From contig CAZMFD010000005.1 in the NCBI GenBank assembly GCA_964565445.1, forward strand, positions 13,216 through 77,215: DNA of 64,000 bases, read 5' to 3'. Shown here piece after piece: positions 48,884 to 56,578 of the stretch (position 1 is its first letter; every line of letters begins with the position of its first letter). The position numbers and the translations under genes are program-made. This DNA comes from an uncultured Geobacteraceae bacterium. GTDB taxonomy: Bacteria > Desulfobacterota > Desulfuromonadia > Desulfuromonadales > Geopsychrobacteraceae. The notes under the pieces are model-generated. The model ran no database searches. It was not told where the DNA came from and saw nothing but the letters and a program-made list of their open reading frames with translations.

Positions 48884-48942
48884 AAGGTTGGCCTTATTGA
48901 AAACCTGGGATAGCACCTTTAACCGAGTAAGGAAAAAGGACC

Positions 48943-49788
48943 GTGAGCCGTTTTCATTCCCCGCATCCCTATGATCGCGAAGGTTGGCGTCAGCGCTATT
49001 TTAATGTCATTTTCGGCTACGACACCAAGGCAGGGCGCGCCTTTGACATCGCCCTGGTCCTGGCCATTCTGGTCAGCGTTACCATTGTCATCTGCGATTC
49101 CGTTACCTTACTACACCTCCGCTACCGGGAGATCTTCAGAGCGGCAGAATGGGCATTTACGTTACTCTTCACATTAGAATATCTGCTAAGGCTTACGGTA
49201 ATCCGTCAGCCGCTCAACTACGCACGTAGTTTTTATGGTGTAGTGGACCTGCTGGCCCTGCTACCGACCTATCTGTCATTGTTGTTTCCCGGTCTTCATT
49301 TTCTTGCCGTTCTCAGAATTTTGCGCATCCTGCGTATATTCGAAGTCCTGCACTTGCGCCGTTACACACGTGCCACCAGTGTACTGCTCGACACCCTGGT
49401 CAACAGTTGGCGCAAAATCCTGGTGTTTTTGTTGGCAATGTTGACCATTATCACCGTCTTCGGGGCCTTGTTATTTGTGATTGAAGGGCCTGAACACGGA
49501 TTCACCAGCATCCCTATTTCCATGTACTGGGCGCTGGTCAGTGTTTCGACGGTAGGCTATGGCGACATCTCACCGGTAACCCCGTTCGGCAAGTTTGCTG
49601 CATCCATCCTGATTCTGATCGGCTATGGCATTATTGCCGTACCAACCGGCATCTACACAGCAGAACTGGCGACTTCCCTGCGCACCAGAAACGACGGCCG
49701 AGCTTGCGAATCCTGCTCTAAAGCCGACCACAACCCCGACGCAATCCATTGCCGCCACTGCGGCACTCTGTTGCCGGAAGCGCAATGA
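48943..49788 (+). CDS. voltage-gated-type (6TM) potassium channel with C-terminal zinc-ribbon
   Basis: S4-like LAVLRILRILRIFEVLHLRR, selectivity filter TVGYGD, C-terminal CESC...CRHC. GTG start with AAGGA RBS. Confidence 0.8.
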   Translation: MSRFHSPHPYDREGWRQRYFNVIFGYDTKAGRAFDIALVLAILVSVTIVICDSVTLLHLRYREIFRAAEWAFTLLFTLEYLLRLTVIRQPLNYARSFYGVVDLLALLPTYLSLLFPGLHFLAVLRILRILRIFEVLHLRRYTRATSVLLDTLVNSWRKILVFLLAMLTIITVFGALLFVIEGPEHGFTSIPISMYWALVSVSTVGYGDISPVTPFGKFAASILILIGYGIIAVPTGIYTAELATSLRTRNDGRACESCSKADHNPDAIHCRHCGTLLPEAQ

Positions 49789-49842
49789 CAATGGGGAGAT
49801 AAGGACTATTTTGAACATTAATAGGCCTTATGTCCCCATTGT
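49788..49842. terminator. long hairpin between the convergent K+ channel and flavoprotein genes
   Basis: ACAATGGGGAGATAAGG-N21-CCTTATGTCCCCATTGT (16/17 paired). The left arm overlaps the channel stop codon. Confidence 0.5.
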
Positions 49843-49872
49843 GTCTCCCGGCATTGTCTCCCGGCACACATG

Positions 49873-51288
49873 TCAATCCAGGGCCACGATCTGGTAACTG
49901 TCGCACGCGCTGAGGTCAGGGGGGGCACTCTGCTGTGATTGCCGGGAAATATCTCGCAAGGCAGTACGCAACCCCTCTTCCAGGACCGGATGGTAGAATG
50001 GCATGGCCAGCAGATCATAGGCAGTCAATCCACGATCAATGGCCAGAGCGAGCAGGTGAACCATATGTTCGGCGGCTGGCGCGCACATCTCAGCGCCAAG
50101 CAGACGGGCATCATCGGCTGTGGCATAGATGCGTAGCACGCCCTTATTCTTCTGAGCGGCCAATGCACGCCCCTGCGAGGCGAAATCGACGCTACCGATC
50201 AGACATTGCTCCTGGTCAAGGGAGCTGAAACGCTGACCGACCGCAGCAATGCCGGGGTCGGAAAATACGATAGCCAGCGGTGTCCGCCGTTCATAGCAGG
50301 TCAACTCATCACTGACAGCATTGACACCGGCAATAAAACCTTCGTCTGCAGCTTCATGCAGCAAACCCAGATGCCCATTCACATCACCGGCAATAAATAT
50401 CGGCAGATCGCCGATCTGCATGGTTTTGGAATCGAACGGCGGCATGCCGCGCTCATCGAGTTTGATACCCAGCTCCGCCAATCCCAGTTCATCGAGATTC
50501 GGCTTGCGCCCGATCGCCACGAGCACCTGATCCACCTCCAGCTCAACGGATCCGGCTTGGACTCGAACACCGTCGCTCGTTGCACTGAGATCAACCTCAT
50601 GTCCAAGATATAGGCTCATCTCTGCACTTAAGCTTTCCTGCAGACAGGCAGCGACTTTGGGATCGGAAACGCCTGCCAGCTCATCACTATCGCTGAAGGC
50701 GTGTACCTCTAAGCCCAGTCGTGACAGTGCCTGGGCCATTTCAACCCCGATAGCTCCTAAACCAATCACGGCCATCCGTGCCGGCAGGGTTTTCTGATCA
50801 AAAAAAGTGTCGGTGGTCAGGGTTCGATCACCCAGTGCACGCCAGGGACCAGGCACAACCGGATGAGAACCGGTGGCGATAATGATGCGTTTCGCCTCAA
50901 ATTGTTGATCGCCAACCGCAACCGTATTTGGTCCAAGTAGCCGAGCCCGCCCGGCGATACTCCGCTCGCCAAGGGCCTCGGTTGATTTGATCACCCCTGA
51001 GACAAAGCGGTCGCGCAAGCTGCGTACTCGTTGCAGCACGGCCGGCACATCGATGGACAAACCAGCGCTGCCACGAATGCCGAAATCTTCAGCTTTGTGC
51101 CGAGCATGGTAGGCGTTGGCGGCCTCAATCAGGGCCTTGGAGGGCATACAGCCAACCCGGGCGCAGGTGGTACCGTAAGGGCCGTCATTAATCAGCACAA
51201 AGCTCTCAGTTCTTTTTTTAACCTGACGCACTGCGGCCAATCCGGCGGAGCCGGCGCCGATGATGACAACATCAACTTGATTTTTCAT
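49873..51288 (-). CDS. class I pyridine nucleotide-disulfide oxidoreductase (dihydrolipoyl dehydrogenase-like)
   Basis: ATG at 51288 (MKNQVDVVIIGAGSAG). Redox-active disulfide TTCARVGCMPSK. C-terminal HP...E dyad (FYHPVLEEG). Confidence 0.75.
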   Translation of the reverse strand: MKNQVDVVIIGAGSAGLAAVRQVKKRTESFVLINDGPYGTTCARVGCMPSKALIEAANAYHARHKAEDFGIRGSAGLSIDVPAVLQRVRSLRDRFVSGVIKSTEALGERSIAGRARLLGPNTVAVGDQQFEAKRIIIATGSHPVVPGPWRALGDRTLTTDTFFDQKTLPARMAVIGLGAIGVEMAQALSRLGLEVHAFSDSDELAGVSDPKVAACLQESLSAEMSLYLGHEVDLSATSDGVRVQAGSVELEVDQVLVAIGRKPNLDELGLAELGIKLDERGMPPFDSKTMQIGDLPIFIAGDVNGHLGLLHEAADEGFIAGVNAVSDELTCYERRTPLAIVFSDPGIAAVGQRFSSLDQEQCLIGSVDFASQGRALAAQKNKGVLRIYATADDARLLGAEMCAPAAEHMVHLLALAIDRGLTAYDLLAMPFYHPVLEEGLRTALRDISRQSQQSAPPDLSACDSYQIVALD

Positions 51289-51302
51289 GCTTGCCTCTTT
51301 GC

Positions 51303-51587
51303 TCAATGATCAAGCTCCTTGTCGGTAAACAACCAGTCCCGCAGCTCTTTGTCGAAAGCCTGGTCACGTCTGCGGATCCACTCCAGCAGCATGGCAGCAT
51401 GTTCTTTTTCTTCATCGGCATTATGCTGAAGAATTTTTTTGAGTGTCTGATCTTTGCATACATCGACCCGCTGATTATACCAGTCGACTGCTTCCAATTC
51501 CTCCATCAGCGAGACAATCGCCCGATGCATATCGCGGGTTTCGTTACTCAGTTCTGCAACCGGTTCATGGTAACCTTCATTTGCCAT
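51303..51587 (-). CDS. EncFtn-like (encapsulated-ferritin family) ferritin-like protein, no obvious targeting peptide
   Basis: The GYHEP...TRDMHRAIVSLMEELEAVDWYNQR...HNADEEKEHAAMLLEWIRR pattern matches the EncFtn ferroxidase fold as I recall it from Rhodospirillum rubrum EncFtn. ATG at 51587 has an AAGGAG RBS; an alternative ATG is at 51608. Confidence 0.65.
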   Translation of the reverse strand: MANEGYHEPVAELSNETRDMHRAIVSLMEELEAVDWYNQRVDVCKDQTLKKILQHNADEEKEHAAMLLEWIRRRDQAFDKELRDWLFTDKELDH

Positions 51588-51611
51588 CGTTTTGCTCCTT
51601 TCATTCACACG

Positions 51612-52685
51612 TTAATTGTCCGTTATGGAATCGTGTACGACCCGATGCACGAAACCCAGTTTTTTGGTAACCCCCGGAGAAATAACAAAGGGATACGCAT
51701 GCTCATGACCCATGCTGCGATTAAGGCTGTTTAGGGCAAAGGTGAGGGGCAGCCAGTGGTCAATAAGAATATCGATCGTCTCGGCACGGTAGGGGTCGAA
51801 ATCATGGCGTACCGACTCTGTAGCATCATCACCGGCTTTAGGACGGATACCGATGCCGAACTGCCAAGCGGTTTCCAAGGTGTCGACCATGTGCAGGTAG
51901 TGGGCCCAGGTTTCAGCCCAGTCTTCCCACGGGTGCATGGTGGCATAGCTGCTGATGAAGTTCTCTTGCCAGTCAGGCGGCGCTCCCTGTTGGTAGTGCT
52001 GCTCGAGTGCCTCCCCATAGTCGAGTGTATCGTCACCGAAGAGATTGCGACATTCGTTAAGATGTTGCGTATCGAGAATCAGGCGATCCCAATAGTAATG
52101 TCCCGCCTCATGACGGAAGTGCCCGAGCAGGGTCCGGTAAGGTTCAGCCATTTCTCCGCGCATGCGCTCACGTTCGGCCGGATCAGCCTCCTTGATATTG
52201 ATCGTGATCAAGCCCTCCTCGTGGCCGGTGAACACCCTTCCGCGCTCACTGAAAACAGGACCGCTGTCAGCGAGGAAATCAAAGGCCAGTCCATTTGGAT
52301 CAGCTTCATCAGACACAACCGGTAGCCCCAGCCGCAGCAGCGAATAGACCAACCGACGCTTTTCGGTCTCAAGGGTTCGCCACAAATCAACATTGCCCGC
52401 AACACTCAAATCGGGGATGGTCTTGTTGAGCCGACAGGCGCTGCAGAAATCATGACTGTCTACTACCGGCACCATCCAGTTACACACGGCGTGCTGTTTA
52501 TAATTGGCGCACTTACGATACTCAGAGTCCTCTCCCTGGGGCCGCCAGCTTCCATCTTCGCCGGCTTCCAGAGAAACCAGGCGCAGCTGGTCGGGAAGGA
52601 AACCAAGCGTCGCATCACAGCGCTCACATACAACATTTTCAAAATACAACCGCTGGCCACAGTGGCCGCAGGTGAATAATTTCAT
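51612..52685 (-). CDS. putative zinc metallopeptidase with N-terminal zinc-ribbon (Peptidase_Mx-like)
   Basis: N-terminal CGHCGQ...CERC zinc ribbon and HExxH in FRHEAGHYYWD. Confidence 0.55.
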   Translation of the reverse strand: MKLFTCGHCGQRLYFENVVCERCDATLGFLPDQLRLVSLEAGEDGSWRPQGEDSEYRKCANYKQHAVCNWMVPVVDSHDFCSACRLNKTIPDLSVAGNVDLWRTLETEKRRLVYSLLRLGLPVVSDEADPNGLAFDFLADSGPVFSERGRVFTGHEEGLITINIKEADPAERERMRGEMAEPYRTLLGHFRHEAGHYYWDRLILDTQHLNECRNLFGDDTLDYGEALEQHYQQGAPPDWQENFISSYATMHPWEDWAETWAHYLHMVDTLETAWQFGIGIRPKAGDDATESVRHDFDPYRAETIDILIDHWLPLTFALNSLNRSMGHEHAYPFVISPGVTKKLGFVHRVVHDSITDN

Positions 52686-52733
52686 AAAAATCCTCGCGGC
52701 ATTATTTAAAATTTACAATGACGCTTACCGTCT

Positions 52734-52892
52734 TCAGCGCTTGGCGATAATCCAGACGGCATGCACGATGCCGGGGATATATCCCAAAAGCGTCAAAAGG
52801 ATGTTCAGCCAGAAGGCTCCCCCGATCCCCACCTGCAGAAAAACCCCAAGGGGTGGCAGAAGTATTGCAGCTATAACCCGAACCAAATCCAT
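52734..52892 (-). CDS. Pmp3/YqaE-family small hydrophobic membrane protein (52 aa; below the ORF-track cutoff)
   Basis: My own translation of the minus strand: MDLVRVIAAILLPPLGVFLQVGIGGAFWLNILLTLLGYIPGIVHAVWIIAKR. GGGAGGA RBS 6 nt upstream. PPLGV...GYIPG...H is the classical UPF0057 pattern. Confidence 0.75.
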   Translation of the reverse strand: MDLVRVIAAILLPPLGVFLQVGIGGAFWLNILLTLLGYIPGIVHAVWIIAKR

Positions 52893-52912
52893 ATAGATCC
52901 TCCCTTTATTTT

Positions 52913-53434
52913 TTAATTATTGCCTTGAGATTCTTCAGAGGCCGAAGACCTTTTCTGCAACAAATGAATTCTCATGTTTTCTTTATCGTACTCGCTCTTG
53001 GCTTTTTCCCAGGAATCGATTATTGCCTGATAAGCATCTGTGAACCCTTTTTTCATCTGATCCCAAGCATCTGTAGAGCTGGTCTTAAAGCTGCCATACA
53101 ACTCGGCGAGCTCATTTCTCTGCTGGCGCAGCGCTTTCAGATTGGTCCTGACTTTCTGACGGGCAGCCTGGGTCATATTGTCCCAGTTGTTGTCAACCTT
53201 AGTTTCGAGTTCGTCAATACGCCGGTCTAGCCTTGTGAGTGCCTGATCGGCTGCCTTGACGGCCTGATCACGCTGATCAGCGGTATATTGCTGAAGCGTA
53301 TTGATCAAATCCTGTGTTTCCTTTTTGACATCCTGGGCAGTAACGGCACCGTTTGCGGATTGTGCATGGACGATCGCTATTGAACAAAACATCACCACGA
53401 CAATCATACTGAGGGTTAACCCAAGTAGTTTCAT
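52913..53434 (-). CDS. secreted coiled-coil protein, unknown function
   Basis: Signal peptide MKLLGLTLSMIVVVMFCSIAIVHA. Charged helical body. Shares a DAW(D/E)..K.G..(D/S)A(Y/W) motif with the next gene. Confidence 0.6.
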   Translation of the reverse strand: MKLLGLTLSMIVVVMFCSIAIVHAQSANGAVTAQDVKKETQDLINTLQQYTADQRDQAVKAADQALTRLDRRIDELETKVDNNWDNMTQAARQKVRTNLKALRQQRNELAELYGSFKTSSTDAWDQMKKGFTDAYQAIIDSWEKAKSEYDKENMRIHLLQKRSSASEESQGNN

Positions 53435-53476
53435 ATCGCTTCCTTAAAACAATAAGAGCCTTATTATTGGGCTTTA

Positions 53477-53764
53477 TCAACCAAAACGTGAAAAAGCCGA
53501 CTTGATGGATCGGCTGAGCGAATCCCAGGCGCTGTCGATACCGGCCTTGAGATCTTCCCAGGCATCATCACTTGTATCTTTCAGTTCCTCAAGCTTTTTT
53601 CTGGCGGCTTCCTGCATCGACCGCAGCTCTTCAATCTGCTTGTAATATTCAAGCTGTGCATCTGCTTCGGCTGAATCCGCCTTGGCTTTAAGCTTGTCGA
53701 TGTCCGTATTCCATTCATCCAGTTTGGCTTCAAGTTTTTTTTCGTAGGCTTCTTTCATACTCAT
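53477..53764 (-). CDS. small coiled-coil protein, unknown function
   Basis: 95 aa, highly charged. AAAGGAGAGA RBS. C-terminal DDAWEDLKAGIDSAWDSL is paralogous to the 173-aa neighbour. Confidence 0.6.
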   Translation of the reverse strand: MSMKEAYEKKLEAKLDEWNTDIDKLKAKADSAEADAQLEYYKQIEELRSMQEAARKKLEELKDTSDDAWEDLKAGIDSAWDSLSRSIKSAFSRFG

Positions 53765-53862
53765 GTCTTCTCTCCTTTGTTATGACTTCCCATAGGTGAA
53801 TGGCAGTGTGGGTTGTTCAATATGCAGTCGGGACTGGCCGGTTTTCGCTCAACAACTTCCTG

Positions 53863-54057
53863 CTATTCTGACAACAAAGAGATATCTTCTATAGCCCAAT
53901 TCTTGCGCTCACCACTGTCCAGTACTACTTCAACAAAAGCTTCTTCAGTAGCGCAAGAAATGACTTTGCCTTCCTCTTTGGTGCCATTATGCTTAACCCG
54001 ACGGGGTGTTCCAACGTTCAGCGCTTTACAGATATTGATGTATTCCTCTTTTTTCAT
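53863..54057 (-). CDS. hypothetical small protein (64 aa)
   Basis: AAGGAAG RBS upstream of the ATG. I recognise no family. Confidence 0.45.
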   Translation of the reverse strand: MKKEEYINICKALNVGTPRRVKHNGTKEEGKVISCATEEAFVEVVLDSGERKNWAIEDISLLSE

Positions 54058-54414
54058 GATTTTAACTTCTTCCTTGTAGTTTTTAATTTAAAAATTAACA
54101 CTCTAATCAAGTCTTATATTAACGTTATAATTGTACCTCTTGTCCGCACGTTTGCAACACCCTTTGACCATAGTACAATGCGACTGAATCCTGAACCGGG
54201 CCTGACGACATGGGGTGAAGTTTTCTGAGAAAAGTCCACACAGGAAGATTAGGGGAGAAAATGCCGAGTCTTCCATAAGGGTTTTGATACTCACAGCTCA
54301 TCCTAAAAGTATCTCCAGATAAATGATTTTCTTTTGGGCCAATGATCAACCCAGCATATCAGTATATGCTCTTCATATTGCTGGTTAAGAATTATTTTTA
54401 ATCATGGAGTCACT

Positions 54415-56196
54415 ATGCACATTGCTACCCTTTTGCTGATTATTTTAAGTGCCGGACTGGCCAGCCAATGGCTCGCCTGGCGGCTTCAGCTGCCGGCGAT
54501 CGTCATTTTGATCACGTCGGGTTTATTGCTGGGGCCAGTGAGTGGAATCATTGAACTGGGGATATCACAGACTGAATTAACGGAACTCATCGGCCTGGGG
54601 GTTGCCATTATCCTGTTTGAAGGCGGCATGGACTTAAAGCTCGGTGAAATGCGTCGGGTCGGTCATGGTGTTGGTCGCCTGACGATTCTTGGACCACCCC
54701 TTGCCTGGATCTTGGGAGCTCTGGCTGCGCATTATATTGCCGGACTGAGCTGGCCGGTGGCCTGGGTTTTGGGTGCTATTCTGGTCGTCACCGGGCCGAC
54801 CGTGATCCTGCCTCTGCTGCGCCAGGCGCGCCTCAACAAGGAGTCGGCAGCGTTACTCAAATGGGAAGGGATTGTCAACGACCCGGTCGGTGTTTTACTG
54901 GCAGTCCTGACTTTTCAGTATTTCACCTACGCCGGCAGTAGCTGGCAACAGACCTTATCCGGTTTGGGACTGGCAATCCTGGCGGCCGCTATATTCGGCG
55001 GCCTGGGGGGCTGGATTACCGGCTGGCTCTATCAGCGTGGATCGGTGCCCGCTCATTTAAAACCCCCGGCTCTAATGGTCCATGTTCTGGCGGCCTACTG
55101 GGTCAGCAACCTGGTACAACACGAGGCGGGATTACTGACCGTTACGGTGATGGGTCTGGTCATCGGCAACATGAAACTGGTTGAACGTGAATCCCTGCGC
55201 CACTTCAAAGAAAATCTTACCATCCTCCTGTTAGCGGTGCTGTTCATTATCATTCCCTCCCAACTCAAAGTCAGCCAACTGGAATTGCTGAACTGGCGGG
55301 TGGCAGCTTTTGTTGTCGCAGTACTATTGCTGGTACGCCCGCTGACCATTGCTCTGGCAACCCTGGGGGCTCCGATGCGGGGCAAGGACAAACTCCTGCT
55401 GGGATGGATCGCGCCGCGCGGTATTGTCGCGGCGGCCACCGCCGGCATTTTTGGTCCGGCATTGGTCGCTGCCGGCTATCCAGATGCAGAGGCGCTTTTA
55501 CCTATTGTTTTTCTGATCATTATTGTTACGGTTCTGGCCCATGGACTCACATTGGGACCCCTGGCGCGAAAAATGTCTCTGGCTGCAGAGGAAGAAAATG
55601 GACTGTTAATCGTCGGAGCCTCTGCTTGGACACAAGCCCTGGCGCAAGCCTTGAAAAAGCATGAGATCGATGTGGTTGTGAGCGATGGCTCCTACCAGCG
55701 ACTTAAACCGTTTCGGATGGACGGAATCAAGGTCTATTACGGGGAAATCCTCTCTGAGCATGCCGAGCATAAACTGGAGGATGCACATCTGAGTTTTCTG
55801 TTATCCGCCACTGACAATCATTACTACAACGCCCTGGTCTGCAAAGCGCAGGGAGATAATTTCGGTCACCATCGCACCTTTCAACTGGCCCCACATAAGG
55901 AAGCCATCCAGGAGCAGAAACGTCTGACCCTGCAGCAACGGGGCTATTTCGCTTTTGAGCCACCGACGGACTTTCACACTCTACAGCAACGCCTACATGA
56001 CGGCTGGATCATACAAACAACCCGCCTGAGCAAGGAATTTGATCTTGAGCGACTTAAAAGCGATTTGGGTGAACTCGGAGCGGACTGGCTATTGATTGGC
56101 GGCGTATCACCGCAAGGTAAACTGTTGCTTTACTCGAAAGAGCAACCTTTTAATGCCACAACAGACTGGACCTTGCTGTATTTTTCCCCGGAATAA
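54415..56196 (+). CDS. CPA1-family Na+(K+)/H+ antiporter with cytoplasmic C-terminal regulatory domain
   Basis: About 400 aa with 11-12 TM segments of the Na+/H+ exchanger type, then about 190 soluble residues. TGGAG RBS. Confidence 0.8.
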   Translation: MHIATLLLIILSAGLASQWLAWRLQLPAIVILITSGLLLGPVSGIIELGISQTELTELIGLGVAIILFEGGMDLKLGEMRRVGHGVGRLTILGPPLAWILGALAAHYIAGLSWPVAWVLGAILVVTGPTVILPLLRQARLNKESAALLKWEGIVNDPVGVLLAVLTFQYFTYAGSSWQQTLSGLGLAILAAAIFGGLGGWITGWLYQRGSVPAHLKPPALMVHVLAAYWVSNLVQHEAGLLTVTVMGLVIGNMKLVERESLRHFKENLTILLLAVLFIIIPSQLKVSQLELLNWRVAAFVVAVLLLVRPLTIALATLGAPMRGKDKLLLGWIAPRGIVAAATAGIFGPALVAAGYPDAEALLPIVFLIIIVTVLAHGLTLGPLARKMSLAAEEENGLLIVGASAWTQALAQALKKHEIDVVVSDGSYQRLKPFRMDGIKVYYGEILSEHAEHKLEDAHLSFLLSATDNHYYNALVCKAQGDNFGHHRTFQLAPHKEAIQEQKRLTLQQRGYFAFEPPTDFHTLQQRLHDGWIIQTTRLSKEFDLERLKSDLGELGADWLLIGGVSPQGKLLLYSKEQPFNATTDWTLLYFSPE

Positions 56197-56205
56197 CGAT
56201 ATAGG

Positions 56206-56251
56206 AAGTGCCTTCAGGCACGATCATTCGCAGCTAAAGCCGCTCCTACAT
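56206..56251 (+). repeat. REP-like extragenic repeat, copy C (short form)
   Basis: GTGCCTTCAGGCACGATCATTCGCAGCTAAAGCCGCTCCTACAT, starting 10 nt after the antiporter stop codon. Confidence 0.65.
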
Positions 56252-56290
56252 TAGATGCTGAATAATTACCTAAAAGCTAACAGGATATGC

Positions 56291-56479
56291 TCACCCGAGC
56301 TCATCAACTTTACGCCGCGCTTCCTTTTCGCTTATGCCATATCTCTCCTGAAGTTTTCCAACAAGTCGCTCGCGCTGACCATCAATAAAGTCGATATCGT
56401 TGCCGCTAAGTTCGCCCCAGAGCCCTTTGATAAGTCCTCGTAGTTGATGCCACTTAGCAGTGAATTCCTCGTTTTCCAT
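56291..56479 (-). CDS. CsbD-family general stress protein
   Basis: ATG at 56479. The WHQLRGLIKGLWGELSGNDIDFIDGQRERLVGKLQERYGISKEEA-type sequence is characteristic of CsbD. Confidence 0.8.
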   Translation of the reverse strand: MENEEFTAKWHQLRGLIKGLWGELSGNDIDFIDGQRERLVGKLQERYGISEKEARRKVDELG

Positions 56480-56578
56480 ACTTTCCCTCATTCTTCTCAA
56501 AGATGTTAATGCCGTGACATTCTCGGAAAGATCGTCACTTTTTTCCGCTTAATCCACTCTTTTTTTTGACAAGTCACT

